The notes: generated by a model not told the origin, from the sequence alone. 34,154 bases of DNA from Stramenopiles sp. TOSAG23-2 (GCA_900128395.1 LT649351.1:1-34154), one strand, 5' to 3'; positions 17,226 to 30,614 are shown, counted from the stretch's first letter. A program made the numbers and translations.

Positions 17226-18482
17226 TCACCACCACCATCCACCACTAGCATTTTTTTCATTACTCGCTCTATTATTATCTGATGTCTTTCGTCGAGCTTG
17301 TTGTATTAATGAGGTTGGTGTTGATAATGATCCTGATTTCTTCTTACGTTGTGACAATGGCAATTGCCTTAATGCAGCAATAGGAAAACGGGGACATGGT
17401 ATAGCTCTTGTTAATTGATCTACTTCTTCATTATTTAATTCACCAGTAGATAATGTTCTTCCTCTACTACCATTATTATTATCATCATCATCGTACATGG
17501 ATTTATCATGATTTAATATATTATTTTTATTATTGTTGTTGTTATTGGGTCCTAGTAATAACAACCGTTTGGATTTCTTCAATGCATTCTTTACTGCTTT
17601 ATTCACAAGTCCATCCATTAAAGTGTGGTCAATTGGATCCAGTAAATCTACAATTTGTCTAGTATGTTTTGCATCCATTCCAGCAAACCTCATATCAAAT
17701 AATAATTGATAACGTGCTAATGAACTTGTTGTTTTTTCAATAATTTGATTAAAATAAAGCATTAAATCAATAGCATCATTACCAATAGACGTTGTTACCA
17801 TAGTATGTAATGCAACAAATAATCGTGCACTTGCGCATGATGGAAAATGAACTTGGACACCATCTTCAATTTCTTTAGTAGATATAGGACGTTGACATAA
17901 CCAGGCATCATCATCATATGTCCATGATTCTTCATTCACCCAATGATTTAATAAACTTTGAATTAATTTTGTTTTTTCTTTTCGTATGCTTTCTAATTTT
18001 TTTTTTTTTTTATATTTATACATTTTCCATGTTTTACTTAATGTGCTAGATGCTTCATTTTGTTTTTTTTCCAATTCAATCAATTTCAATTTATTTATTT
18101 TGGCTTGGTGTAATGTCTTTTTTGCAATGTATATTCTAAACATTTGTTGTATGATTTGTGCTGATTTTATTTGGTTTTGTTTTACAAGTAATTTTTTACG
18201 ACGTCTTTTTTTAATTATTTCACGTGTTTCATTTATGTTAAAGCTAGGTATATGACTACAAGCATTTTGTATTGAAACGATATTTTCCATAGATTCTGTT
18301 TGTGATTCTGCCATATCATCTACCATATCCGCAACTTGTAATAAATCTGGGTAACGCGTTGCTACCAAAGACATTAATTTATCATTTGCATTTTTAGCTT
18401 TACTTTCTGTTTGTTGCAATGCACGTTTGACTTCTTTTAATGATAATTTTGAATATAAATCTGATATTGAATTGAATTGCAT
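17226..18482 (-). CDS. COG1: Mirror copy of the COG1-like gene
   Basis: Reverse complement of 15673..16929 with the same translation. Confidence 0.65.
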   Translation of the reverse strand: MQFNSISDLYSKLSLKEVKRALQQTESKAKNANDKLMSLVATRYPDLLQVADMVDDMAESQTESMENIVSIQNACSHIPSFNINETREIIKKRRRKKLLVKQNQIKSAQIIQQMFRIYIAKKTLHQAKINKLKLIELEKKQNEASSTLSKTWKMYKYKKKKKLESIRKEKTKLIQSLLNHWVNEESWTYDDDAWLCQRPISTKEIEDGVQVHFPSCASARLFVALHTMVTTSIGNDAIDLMLYFNQIIEKTTSSLARYQLLFDMRFAGMDAKHTRQIVDLLDPIDHTLMDGLVNKAVKNALKKSKRLLLLGPNNNNNNKNNILNHDKSMYDDDDNNNGSRGRTLSTGELNNEEVDQLTRAIPCPRFPIAALRQLPLSQRKKKSGSLSTPTSLIQQARRKTSDNNRASNEKNASGGWWW

Positions 18483-19817
18483 AGTGTTTGGTTGTGGTGT
18501 TATATGTAAAATTTCTCGATGTTTATGTACGTATTGACAGTTGGGTTTTATTTACTTTTTTTGTCAATTGTGTATATAGTATTATATTTATTATTTATGT
18601 ATAATGTGATTAATGTTTATTATTATATATTATACTGTATATTAGTGCATTAGTGCAATAATTAATGTGATAAATAATATATATATTTTTATTAATCTAT
18701 TATTATTATTGTTATTATTATTATTATTATTAGTACATATGTAGTATAGTGTTGCTAGTCTATAAGCATAATATTATAACAATTACTGTACCACAGACCA
18801 CAGGTATTATTCTGTGGTACTAGAGCTAGTACATACTATAACCACATAGCTAACTGCTAACCTGTGTTGCTATTATTTTATTATTGGATATTTTTTGATG
18901 ATATGAAAATTTTTGAATAATTAGCTTAGTATATCACAACAAGTGCCAGAGTGCACAACAATTGAAATAATACATGTACAGTAACTACAGTAGCACTATA
19001 TTATAAAGCAACAACAAAGAAATCGACAAAAGGAAAAATGGATCTATAACTAGAATAGCACCCTGGGAGCACAATAACCCCAGATTTTTCATTTTTTCAA
19101 TTGAAGGTAACTATAATGTTGCTATAATAGGAGATTAAAGGATGTAATCTACTAAATAGACTATACAATATATGATATACATTTCGCGCGGAAAGAAGGT
19201 AAAATTTTTAAAGGCTGGAAAAAGCGAAGGGTGTGGCTACAATGCTGTTCCTATCTAAAATCTTTTTTTTTGGTGATCAAGTTATATATTTTAGATCCAA
19301 TAAAATCAATATAATACTATTCCATTGTAATTTATATAGATATGCCAGATTGCCTGGATTGCAACAAATTGCTGAAAAAAGATTTTATAAATTTAAGATG
19401 GAAATAGCATTATTACTTTCCACCGACCCATCTATATGTACATCTATTTTACAGAATGAAGAGTTGTGAATACTGGAATACAATGGGAATACTATTACTA
19501 TTTTATAATATATACCTGGGTTCTTATCTTTCGATCGACCTTCTTCATAATTAGATATACATATACGTAAATAGACTTGTATACATTTTATAGATATATC
19601 TCATTTGTAAATTAAAAGATATCAGATACTTAGTACAGACACAAATACACATATATACGTATATATATATACATTTGTAAAGATATATCATTTAGATAAA
19701 AGATATAGAATTTACATATATATATTTACTATACTGAAAATTACCTCATTTTACAGTAGTAAATACCCTTTCCCCCCCCCCCTTCCCTTCCGTGCAAAGA
19801 AATTGTAACCTTTTGTG

Positions 19818-22520
19818 ATGTATTTAGCAGCACAAAACCAACAACAACAGAAAAGATCTGCACCGCCAGGCTATGGCAGCGCAAATGACACTACAAGCAG
19901 CACCAATTTACCAAATTATGACTATAATAACAATGCATCTGCTACACCACCGAATAGTACTGTAAATGATGATACAACTAATATGAATATTTTAAATCAA
20001 GAATTTACACGTTCCCTTGGTATTGTAGATAATTATGCGTCATATCCACCAGTGAATAAAAGTAATGCTAGTCGCAATAATTTTCAAGAAGACCAAGCGC
20101 CGTTATCATCAACTCCACCGTCATTAACATCGTCCGGATATAGAGCACCATCATCCTCGCCAATTGTTTTTGAGAATTCGTTTTTAAATACTTCACCAGT
20201 TGGTTTAAGTAGTGGTTTGAACCCTAATAATAGAGGTGATGGTTCAGATGGAAGATCGGACCAATCGGATTTGACGCAAATGTTTTATCAACAGCAGCAA
20301 CAACAAGGGAATAATAATGCATATGGTGGTCAACGAAATGCAAACGTTCGTGGCAATAGCACATTAAACAATGTCACAAACAATGCATGGCGTGGGAATA
20401 ATGGTTCCTCTGCTAATACAATAGAGAATAATAATTTTTTCAACAGTGGTGGTGCTAATGCACAACAAGAACTTTTAAGAATAACGCAAAGAAATCCAGA
20501 ACAAAACGTTAATAACAATAACAACAATCGCAATCCGATGAGTTATAGCTATCCAGGACGTGGTAATGGGCAGCAAAATAATCGCTCTTACGGTAATAAT
20601 AACAACAGCAACAATAATGCATGGCCAGGAAACAACAATGTTAACAATAATAGTAATAATGGCAATCATGGCTTAACGCTAAATTTGAAGTCATCGTACA
20701 ATAACAATGGTGGTAATAACAATAATTTAGCGTCATCCTATCCGCAAACGCAGCAGCAGCAACGACAACAACAACAACAACGGCAGCAAAATGCAGCGCC
20801 ATTTCCTTCAGTATCGCCTGTACAATCGCAAAGGAAACCATTGCTTGGAACGGATGGGAATAAAATGAATTTTGCAACACCAAGTTCACCAATTGCAACG
20901 CAACATAATGTGAATAAAAATAACAGCAGCCCAAATGCATATACTCCACCAAGACGCAATGGAAGGCAGCAAGGAGCATGGGGCAATGGTAACAATGTAA
21001 ACAACCATCACCAACAAGCGCCGCGCACACCACCAGGTGGGAGAGGTGATACGCGCAACTCAAGGACGCCAGGCGGTTGGGAGACGCAACGAAGTTCAAG
21101 ACACAGCAACAATCATTATAACAATCATGGTAAGGGTGATAGGTCAGATTCGTTTGAATTTCAAACGCAACGCCGTGGAAGAAATCGTCGCAACAATAAA
21201 TACGACGATCGTAGGAATGGCTCAAGTCCTGGCGGCAGTCCTGGGAACAACAGTTATCGACATTCAAATGGCCATAATGATCGACGTAATGGTCGCCATC
21301 ACAATATGGATTCTCCAAGGAGCAACAGCGGCATGGACCGTATGGATCGTTTAGAGCGCGAACGTGAAGATTACAACTCCTCGCCTAATTCGTTAAATGG
21401 TGGATCAACTGTTTTAGACAAATTCAAAATGGATAAATCTGGTAGAGAATGGACCATTGATGAAATCAAAGGTCATATTGCAATGTTTGCCAGAGATCGA
21501 CGTGCAACGCGCTTTTTACAACACAGAATAGAAGTTGCTGATAAAGATGAAATGGACATTATTTACTCTGAAATTGTAGGCCAAGGAGTGGAATTGATGT
21601 TGAACAAATGCGGCAATTATGTCGTGAAAAAGATGTATGAGGAATGTAGCGTAGAATTATGTCGTGGCATGACAGAAGCTATGCGTGGAAATATATTGTT
21701 ACTAGCACAAAATGTGAATGGTTGTCGTGTGTTGCAAGCAGCGATTGAATATTCAGATCACGAGCATTTAGTGACAATGCTTGAAAACGAATTGAAAAAT
21801 CAGATTCCTGCATGCGCATGTGATAGCAATGCTACACATGTATTGCAAAAATGTTTACGTTTCATGCCATGTGACAAAGTCATGTTCATTGCACATGCAT
21901 TGGCCAGAACAAACATCATGTCCCTTGCTAAACATCAATATGGGTGTCATTTGTTACAACGTTGTATTGCCACATGTTCCGAAGTGCGTCATGATCCACG
22001 ATCAAGTGTTGGTACTGGTGAATTTGTTCGTATGATTGATGATATTTCTTTGAAACTTGTCCAAAAATTTGAAGAGCTTGCATTTAATCGTCATGGTAAC
22101 TTCGTTTTGCAATATGTATTGCAGCATGGCTCAGAAGATCAGCGTGCCGCTGCTTGTACTTACGTTCGTACCAATGTCGTTAGGTACAGTATGCACAAAT
22201 TTGCAAGCCATCTAGTCGAACAATGTTTAAAGAATGCACCAAACCAAGAAAAACATATGTTAATAGAGAATATATTAAGGGAAAATGTCACAGTAGAAAG
22301 TTCAATTGGTGAAAAACCTGCTATTGTATGTATGATGCGTGATCCATATGCAAATTTTGTTGTTCAAAAGATGTTGGATTGTTGTACAAGGGATCAAAAG
22401 GATGAAGTATACTCTGTTGTTAGTGAACATGCTTTCTATTTAAAGAAGAGCACATATGCGCGTCACATCTTGGCTAGAATTGAGCAACAGAGTGGCAGTG
22501 GGTTCCAACAAATTATGTAA
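19818..22520 (+). CDS. Mirror copy of the Pumilio/PUF gene
   Basis: Reverse complement of 11635..14337 with the same translation. Confidence 0.93.
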   Translation: MYLAAQNQQQQKRSAPPGYGSANDTTSSTNLPNYDYNNNASATPPNSTVNDDTTNMNILNQEFTRSLGIVDNYASYPPVNKSNASRNNFQEDQAPLSSTPPSLTSSGYRAPSSSPIVFENSFLNTSPVGLSSGLNPNNRGDGSDGRSDQSDLTQMFYQQQQQQGNNNAYGGQRNANVRGNSTLNNVTNNAWRGNNGSSANTIENNNFFNSGGANAQQELLRITQRNPEQNVNNNNNNRNPMSYSYPGRGNGQQNNRSYGNNNNSNNNAWPGNNNVNNNSNNGNHGLTLNLKSSYNNNGGNNNNLASSYPQTQQQQRQQQQQRQQNAAPFPSVSPVQSQRKPLLGTDGNKMNFATPSSPIATQHNVNKNNSSPNAYTPPRRNGRQQGAWGNGNNVNNHHQQAPRTPPGGRGDTRNSRTPGGWETQRSSRHSNNHYNNHGKGDRSDSFEFQTQRRGRNRRNNKYDDRRNGSSPGGSPGNNSYRHSNGHNDRRNGRHHNMDSPRSNSGMDRMDRLEREREDYNSSPNSLNGGSTVLDKFKMDKSGREWTIDEIKGHIAMFARDRRATRFLQHRIEVADKDEMDIIYSEIVGQGVELMLNKCGNYVVKKMYEECSVELCRGMTEAMRGNILLLAQNVNGCRVLQAAIEYSDHEHLVTMLENELKNQIPACACDSNATHVLQKCLRFMPCDKVMFIAHALARTNIMSLAKHQYGCHLLQRCIATCSEVRHDPRSSVGTGEFVRMIDDISLKLVQKFEELAFNRHGNFVLQYVLQHGSEDQRAAACTYVRTNVVRYSMHKFASHLVEQCLKNAPNQEKHMLIENILRENVTVESSIGEKPAIVCMMRDPYANFVVQKMLDCCTRDQKDEVYSVVSEHAFYLKKSTYARHILARIEQQSGSGFQQIM

Positions 22521-23358
22521 AGTGATCGTGTGACTTGTACACATCACAAATTTTATTGCATGATGGGACTTTTACCTGAATAATAAAATATAAAGGAATA
22601 GGATTCGATCAGAGAAAATGATGAAAAATGAAAAAGATAATTAAATGTAATTAAAGAATTAGTAAAAAGATATTGAAGAAAATAGAAATGCGAAACATTT
22701 AATTTAATATAACAAACAAACCTAAAAAGAGAGAAAAGAAATTAGGTAAACGTATATATATATATATATATATATACAGATAATAATAAATAGTGTAAAA
22801 GATTTGAAACATGAAAAGAGAAGAACAATTAAATAAAAGAAAAGAAAATAAATCAAATACAAAAATTAATAATAAAATAAATAATAAAAAGAATAAATAA
22901 ATAAATTATATAAAAAAATGAGAACTATGATACAGATATGTAAAATGAAATTAAAACAAGGAGACGTATTGGAATGCAATTAAAGAACGCATAGAACGTA
23001 CATGGGTGTACTGTTTTATAATAGAAAATTTACTACGTGCATGATACGAAGTATATACGTATCATTATGCAAAAAAAAATAGTAGGATATGATATGTATG
23101 ATATGATATTATTCTTTGCGATTGAGTATTGAGCATATTTTACTTAACACGAGAAGTGTAAAATTTTTATATAACTACACGATAAAATATGATACCATAT
23201 ATAAATATCATATCATTTTATGCATATACATATCTATCCTTATTCTCTCTTTTTAATTTTTATACGGAACGTATATCCCCCGCCGTGCGATTAACTTTCT
23301 TCTTCTCACACGTTTTTCTTTTACTTTAAAATAATAATAAATTTTTCTGCTCTTTTTT

Positions 23359-25359
23359 TTATTTAAATCTCTTGGGTGCTGTTTTTTTGGATTTCCTAAC
23401 AGCACGTGCTGCACTACCAACAGCGACAGGTGATTTCGCCCTACCACCTTCCATTTCCTCTTGCAGTTGTTTTGCCAATTCAGCGTCTTTCTTTTCTTGT
23501 GCTAATTGTTTTTTTTTTGCAATTCTTTCCTCTCTTTTCTTTTTAATCAATTGGTCACGAATCAATTTATCTTCTACTTTACTCTCTAACTCAGCCCGTT
23601 GAGCATCAAGTAAAGCTTTTTTCTCCGCAGCAGCAAGTTCACGTTCACGTGCTTCCGCTTGTAGTGTTTCTTTTATTTTTGCAAAATGTGCTTGCTCCTT
23701 TTGGCGTTTTTCAGCTTCTTCTTTTTCTTTTTGAGCTTGTTCTTTTTTTTTACGTTCCATATGTCTTTGATGGCGTTGGCGATGTAAATCAGCCCATGGC
23801 ACTGATGCTGCTGGTTTAGAAACAGTACCACCAAGAACTTTGCCTTTGCCAGCAAATGCCTCCGTTTCACCTTTTTCCTCATCATCTTTGACATCATTAT
23901 TATTATTATTATTACTACTACTACTACTAGAGGTACTATTAGTAGTAGCAGCTACAATTGGTTTTGGTGTTGAAACTACTTTAGCCCCACTACTTAATAC
24001 ATTACCTGTACCTGCGAAAGCCATTTTAGGTTGCTCTTTTTCAGTTGATGTGTCGTTGTTACTAGTACTTGTATTTGTAGATGATGATGTAGGTGGGTCA
24101 ACGCTTGTCATTGTATTTTTTTTCAATACAGGTGCAGGAGGTGTAGATGATGCCATCTTTTCATTTGTTGCTGTAGCAGTACTGCCATTGTCATTGCCAG
24201 CAGTTTTTAACCCAGCTAAATTTCTTTTCTTAAATTTTGCTAGTTTATTTTTACGATTTAATGTATTAGACGATTCTGATTTTTTCAGTGTATTGTTATT
24301 GTTTCCTTGCTCCCATGCTTTATTCTCTTTTGCATTGTTATTGTTACTACGTGAATTGGTTCTACTCGTCGTTTCATTTAAAGGTTTTCTGCTGCTGTTA
24401 TTGGCCATAGATCCATTCTTTGGCCTTACTTTAGAATTCATACCATTTGCACCTCCTCTTGGTCGACTACTATTTGTTCTCCCACCAACTGGTGTCCTAC
24501 TGCTTTTTTTAGGGTCACTGGTGTTATTGCTTGCTTTACGATTTTTTGTCGGTGTTGTCCTACTATTGCTATTTTTAATATTATTACTATTACTACGTCG
24601 TTCCTCCCTTGAATTTTTACGTACAGGTCTTCTAGTACTACTTGGCTTTCTGGAATTTGGTTGTCTAGGTTTTAATACTGGATCGTTTTCACCGATTGAC
24701 TCTTCATCTTCAGCAGGTGGTAAATCAAGAATACGAGGCCCGTCCCATGGTGCAAATTCTACTTTTAAATCTACCGTCCCATATAAAGATATCGATTTGC
24801 GAGGTTGTAACTCAACAACATCCAGTTCATATTTGTCTCTACCATATTGAATGATAATTGTTTGCCCAACAGATAATGCTGAATAATGCTGCATTGCTAG
24901 TTCTAACACGTTTCTAACTCCTAACGCAGCTGCAAAATCAATAAATTCCTTTTGATGAGGCTGAAACTTAGCAAGTTCACCTTTTGGTAGATTTTTAACT
25001 GACTTAAATGCAACACGTCCACCTTCACGTAAACCTAAGCTTTTAATCATCCATAACGGCATATGTGCAACACCAGCTGGTGCACTAAACTCTAACACAC
25101 CGCAAAATTGATTATATTTTTTTGCCTGGGAACGTGGTCCTGCTTTCTTAACGCTTTTTACATGCATCATTAATGGAAACTCTAAACGCAATCTAGATAC
25201 CTCACGAAATGCTGCTTCTGGCAATATAACTTTATCCCCAGCTTCTAAATCGTCCCTTCCACAGGAACCAACAGAAAATACTTTATATGTTGCTTCGAAT
25301 GGTTTTGTACCGGATCCCCATGCATTTGGATATAATGGTTTACGTCGTCTCGATGACAT
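23359..25359 (-). CDS. UFD1: Mirror copy of the UFD1-family gene (Ser69 instead of Gly69)
   Basis: Reverse complement of 8796..10796 with one visible missense difference at 25155. Confidence 0.85.
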   Translation of the reverse strand: MSSRRRKPLYPNAWGSGTKPFEATYKVFSVGSCGRDDLEAGDKVILPEAAFREVSRLRLEFPLMMHVKSVKKAGPRSQAKKYNQFCGVLEFSAPAGVAHMPLWMIKSLGLREGGRVAFKSVKNLPKGELAKFQPHQKEFIDFAAALGVRNVLELAMQHYSALSVGQTIIIQYGRDKYELDVVELQPRKSISLYGTVDLKVEFAPWDGPRILDLPPAEDEESIGENDPVLKPRQPNSRKPSSTRRPVRKNSREERRSNSNNIKNSNSRTTPTKNRKASNNTSDPKKSSRTPVGGRTNSSRPRGGANGMNSKVRPKNGSMANNSSRKPLNETTSRTNSRSNNNNAKENKAWEQGNNNNTLKKSESSNTLNRKNKLAKFKKRNLAGLKTAGNDNGSTATATNEKMASSTPPAPVLKKNTMTSVDPPTSSSTNTSTSNNDTSTEKEQPKMAFAGTGNVLSSGAKVVSTPKPIVAATTNSTSSSSSSNNNNNNDVKDDEEKGETEAFAGKGKVLGGTVSKPAASVPWADLHRQRHQRHMERKKKEQAQKEKEEAEKRQKEQAHFAKIKETLQAEARERELAAAEKKALLDAQRAELESKVEDKLIRDQLIKKKREERIAKKKQLAQEKKDAELAKQLQEEMEGGRAKSPVAVGSAARAVRKSKKTAPKRFK

Positions 25360-26026
25360 TTTTGAAGGAAATTGTATTGATATATTTGTGAATATATAAA
25401 TATAAATGAATGATTGCTTCCTATGTATATATATATATATATATTGTTCTTTCTACTTTCTATATCTACGTTCTCTGTTACTAGTATATCTAAGTTATAT
25501 ATCTGTATATATATGTGATATATATGGACGTTATTAGGTGCATGTTTTTGTTAATATGTAATTAGTATGGTAATATTATTGATCTTTGAATACAAATTAC
25601 AAGTAGTTATTCTTTGGTTGTTGAAAAACATACCGCAGTACCGCTCAGTATACCTGGTATACATCACAGTGTCCTAACGACATGATTTGTAATGATAATG
25701 TAGTGTTAAAACCGTTATTAGCTCTCCTATTATTCCGTATACTAATGTTGTACTTTAATTTATAGTTATTTCGTCTTTTTTCTTCAAGGAAAAAAACACA
25801 TAACTTCTTAGCTCTGATAATAGAATAGTAAGTACGTACTACTATTAATAACTATAGAATTAATTATAGTACATTTTGAAATTTTTATACAAGAAATAGA
25901 GATAAATATACAGCAGTGAAAGAGTGGAGGTATAGCAAAACATATATAACAAAGAACCATAATTACATTGGATTTCAATCAAAAAGATAGAAACATTTAC
26001 AATAATAAAAACAAATTATTCTAATC

Positions 26027-28963
26027 ATGAAATCATCGTTTTCCTCTTTATTAAAAGATGATAAAGGTACAAAGTATAAACCACAAAGTTTAGTTGAATT
26101 AATCAACAAAAATAAAAATAGTAAAAAGGGTAGTAGTATTTCACAACAACAACAACAACACGAACAAAAGTTATTAGCATTTATAGGTAAAGACTTGTTA
26201 TCTATGTCAAACAATACAAATAACAGCAAAAACTTATTTGGGTCAAATACAACGACAAATAACTTGATTGGTTCGCCTTCAGCAAAGAATAATATCAATT
26301 CAATAACAACAGGTGAACCAAATCGTTTATTTTCAAAAATTAATCAAATACCAAACAACAATAACGACAATAATTTCAACTATGTATCATCCTTTTCTTC
26401 TACGTCGTTGCCAAATCCATTGCAAGGGACAACAACCCATTCGTCACCTTTTCGCCACAACAACAACAATATTGGTAACGACGATAATACAAATGAAAAT
26501 AGGTACAATAGCTCACAATATCAAGTGCAAAATAATGCTATTCTTGAGACAAAAACAACAAGTATCCATGCTCCTGTAGAATTGATTGTACGCATATTAC
26601 CTAATAATAATACAAATAATGATAATATTGATGAAAATTTAGTTACAGTTCATCAATCATCAAAAGGTTTAACATTAAGAGCACCAAAGGATGGTATTGC
26701 ACCTGCATCAATGAGAAAACGTTATTCATCATCGCATGGTCATGGCACACCATGGAGAACACCACAACGTCCAAAACCAAAGGCATTTCATTTTGATTCA
26801 GTTATTAGTAATACATTAACAAGTAATGTTTCTCAAAATTTAATATATGAAAAAGTTCAACCATTAGTGAATTCTGTTTTAGATGGTTTCAACGCAACCG
26901 TACTTGCATATGGTGCTACTGGTACGGGGAAAACCTATACAATTATGGGCAATACAAAATGTAGTGGCATATTGCCACGCATTGTATCAGATCTATTTCT
27001 TGGTATGAAAGATCGTGCCTCTGCAAATGTGACATATGATGTATCCATTGGATATGTTGAATTATACAATAATCGTTTTCAAGATTTATTATATATGAAC
27101 GAGGACGATGATAGTAGTAATAACAATAATCGGCATGGTACTATTGAATTGCATGATAAAGGTCGAAATGGTATAACGTTGACTGGGACCGATTCGTTAC
27201 GTACAAAAATTGTTTCTGCAGAACAAGCTATTTTACAAATTAAAAAAGGTAACAGTGCAAGACATTGTAATAATAAAGCATCTTCTCGATCACATGCAAT
27301 CGTTACATTTTATGTAACAAAATCTTTGCATGATAATACGATAGTAAGTCGCTCTAAATTTCATATTGTTGATTTAGCTGGTAGCGATCGATTATCCGTG
27401 ACTAGTACAAGTGGTCAAGAGTTGAAAGAAAGGCAAGCGATTAACTTATCTTTATCATGTTTATCTAATGTATTGATGACATTATCAAATAGCAATACGG
27501 ATTTATGGTTGGCTCCATATCGCGATAGTAAATTAACATATTTACTAAAAGATTCATTAGGTGGCAATTCAAAAACAATATTTTTAGCACATATAAATCC
27601 AACATCAGAACATTATCGTGAAACATTAATGACATTAGAATATGCAACGAAAGCACGAATGATACGTAATGTTGCAAGACATTCTACTACTACTACTACT
27701 ACTACTACTACGGTTGCTGGTAATATTAATGATCCAATGAACAATAAAAACAATGATAATATAATAAACTATAATAAACATGGTAGCAATAGTAATAGTA
27801 ACAACAATATGTTCTTGATGAATAATACACAATCAGCTATTTTAAGAGAAAAAATCAGACAAATCAATTATTTGCAACAGCAAGTAATGGAACGAAATGA
27901 ACAAGTAAAAGAATTAGAAGAAAATAACATCTCGGCTTGTAATGAAGCAATATCGTTACGAAATACTATTGATACATTAAATAAACAATATGGTGATGAA
28001 AAAAATATAATCAATGAACAGATGAGTAATTTAAATGCTTCATCAGATCCAAGTTTAAAAAAGGAAGTGGAAGAATTAAGGGAAAGATTGTTGGTATCTG
28101 AAACAAAACACGCGGAGGAAAAAGCTACTTTAAATGCAAACATTCATCATATTGAAACGAGTGCAATGCATGAGGCGGAAGTCATAGATGATTTAAGGGC
28201 TGATTTGGATAGTTCCAGGACACAGCTAGGGGAGCGTATCAAACAATTAGCACATTCTAGAGCTATCGCTGTCCTAGAAGCTGATGGAAAACGTTTGGAT
28301 GCTGAAATCGATAGTCTACATTATCAAAACGAAACTCGTAAAGCAAAAATTAGTCAAATGAAAATGAAAGATGAAAAATTGAATAAAAGCAAACAGCAAT
28401 TAAGTATATTGCATCAACGTGGTGAATTAGCCAACATGGCGAAAAAATTAGTAAAGGAAATTGAGGATTATCGTACTTACATAGATCACGTGGAACATTT
28501 AGCAGAAAAAGCCATCCGTAAAGCGCAGAAACAAAAGCAAAAAAAATCATTGTATATTGAGGGTATACAAAAAGTTGAAAGCGAAAGGGATGAATGGGAA
28601 AAAAAATATATCAAAGCTCAAAAAGATATTATAAAATTGAAAAAAAAATTAACCATCCATAACAATCGAAAAAAAGGCATGTATGGTTCTAATTTAAATA
28701 AACGAAGTGTATTTAATGATGATGTTGATACTACTTCCACGAATATCGAAAAGCAATCTGTAGCAAAAGAAGGTGATGATGATAATGATGGTGAAAATAA
28801 TAATAACAATAATGTTATCAATGGTGGTAATAATAATACGCGTAAAAAGAGAAGAAAATTACGTTCAAATAATACGACAACTACTTTAGGGAAGGAGCCT
28901 CAGCAACAGGATACTACTGCTGAACTGATTCGAAATGGTGATTCTATTACTACATCGATATAA
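26027..28963 (+). CDS. Mirror copy of the kinesin gene (Lys394 instead of Asn394)
   Basis: Reverse complement of 5192..8128 with one visible missense difference at 27208. Confidence 0.95.
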   Translation: MKSSFSSLLKDDKGTKYKPQSLVELINKNKNSKKGSSISQQQQQHEQKLLAFIGKDLLSMSNNTNNSKNLFGSNTTTNNLIGSPSAKNNINSITTGEPNRLFSKINQIPNNNNDNNFNYVSSFSSTSLPNPLQGTTTHSSPFRHNNNNIGNDDNTNENRYNSSQYQVQNNAILETKTTSIHAPVELIVRILPNNNTNNDNIDENLVTVHQSSKGLTLRAPKDGIAPASMRKRYSSSHGHGTPWRTPQRPKPKAFHFDSVISNTLTSNVSQNLIYEKVQPLVNSVLDGFNATVLAYGATGTGKTYTIMGNTKCSGILPRIVSDLFLGMKDRASANVTYDVSIGYVELYNNRFQDLLYMNEDDDSSNNNNRHGTIELHDKGRNGITLTGTDSLRTKIVSAEQAILQIKKGNSARHCNNKASSRSHAIVTFYVTKSLHDNTIVSRSKFHIVDLAGSDRLSVTSTSGQELKERQAINLSLSCLSNVLMTLSNSNTDLWLAPYRDSKLTYLLKDSLGGNSKTIFLAHINPTSEHYRETLMTLEYATKARMIRNVARHSTTTTTTTTTVAGNINDPMNNKNNDNIINYNKHGSNSNSNNNMFLMNNTQSAILREKIRQINYLQQQVMERNEQVKELEENNISACNEAISLRNTIDTLNKQYGDEKNIINEQMSNLNASSDPSLKKEVEELRERLLVSETKHAEEKATLNANIHHIETSAMHEAEVIDDLRADLDSSRTQLGERIKQLAHSRAIAVLEADGKRLDAEIDSLHYQNETRKAKISQMKMKDEKLNKSKQQLSILHQRGELANMAKKLVKEIEDYRTYIDHVEHLAEKAIRKAQKQKQKKSLYIEGIQKVESERDEWEKKYIKAQKDIIKLKKKLTIHNNRKKGMYGSNLNKRSVFNDDVDTTSTNIEKQSVAKEGDDDNDGENNNNNNVINGGNNNTRKKRRKLRSNNTTTTLGKEPQQQDTTAELIRNGDSITTSI

Positions 28964-29658
28964 AAAAATATACTCTCTTATAAAATATTATGTGTTTATA
29001 ATTTTAAAAAGTTAATTTACGCATGTTTAAGAATTATACTCTCGTATTTTTTTTAAAAAAAATATGAAACACACACAAAAAAAAAGTAACATCCGCGTAT
29101 TTTTAGAGACCTCTACATATGCAATTTTTAATTTTACTTTGGATGAAAAGTGTATGATACAAATATGATATGCATACGACTCGTATAATATACTTCGTAC
29201 GAAAGAATATATAATATATATATTACGCGAACCGTACGATTTTTACTTCTCGTACACACTGTATACACGCGTATAAAATAAAAAAATATGCGTATATGAT
29301 TATATAATCATATGTGGGGGGATATATTTTATTTTTCAAAAAATTTTATAGGCATGTGTTATTTTTAAAAAATTTTCTTTATTTTTTACACATTTTTTTA
29401 TAATTATATACGATATGTGTCTACTTTTTATGTTACGAGAACTCGTATCATCACATACACATATATACTTTATCATTTGTTTTATAGAGCTTCCATAGAT
29501 ACTATATATATATCATTGGCTCTTTATCATAGAAAAAGCTCTTTTCATCATATTGTCTTCTCATGTGCATTTTATACTACATATTAAATATAATATGGTA
29601 AAATACTACATGTATTCATTTTTCTTCTTCTATTTCTCTTTACGCGGTGTTTATTTTT

Positions 29659-30614
29659 TTATGACGATGTTAATACTTCTGTAATAATTGCTCCCATTTT
29701 TGCATTTTTAGCAACATAATCACTGACTGATCCCAATTTAGGAGATCTGCATTTTTGTGGTAAAGTGAAAATCTGTTAGAGTAAATTTTTATATACGTAT
29801 CATTTAAATATACTGTACTTGTAGCATATTGTTAAACTTACCCATTTAAATATGCACCCATACCATCAGCACCAACAACAACAAAATCAACTTCCTCATC
29901 TGTAGCAACTTGTAAGATTTGTTTGGATATCGATGTACCTCCCATTTTTTCGACAATTTTGACTGTACCACGACCTAAATCAGTATATTTTTTAGTAATC
30001 TCATCCGCTTTTGTGATTCCATCGTCGTTAACTTCTGCCTCTTCAGCAGAATAGATATGTAATATTATTAGTTCATCTGTATCAAATGCAATACGACATG
30101 CTTCGGTATATGCTTTATGTGAATTATCACTACCATCAACACAAGCCATAAATTTTGCTTTTGATCTCTCTTCCGCTTCAGCAAATTTTTCCATCTTCTT
30201 CTTCACTATGATACATGAGCAATGTGCTGCTCTTAGTGAATAATCAGTTGTTGATCCTAATATAGTTGGATCGGTTTTTGGTCCTTTTCGTCCTGCACAA
30301 CCAACAACTAAAAAGTCAGTTTTTTCATCTGCATTATTAATATATTCACATACAGCACCTTTTGTACTTTGTCCCGTTTTTTTCTCAACAATTGTTACCG
30401 TGCGTCTATCTTCTGGCACAGATGAAATTAAAAGATTGTCATAATTTTCTTTTATATAATCCGGTTGTAAATCATATGGCAAATAATCTTTCCCTGGTGT
30501 TGATATATGAAATACATCAATTTTATCCTCTGGTTTTCGTAAATAGGCTGCACATTGATATGCCATATGTGCAATTTCTGAACCATCCACTCCTACTGTT
30601 ATTTTTTTCGCCAT
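29659..30614 (-). CDS. Mirror copy of the tandem USP gene, complement(join(29659..29746,29842..30614))
   Basis: Reverse complement of 3541..4496, with the intron at 29747..29841. Confidence 0.92.
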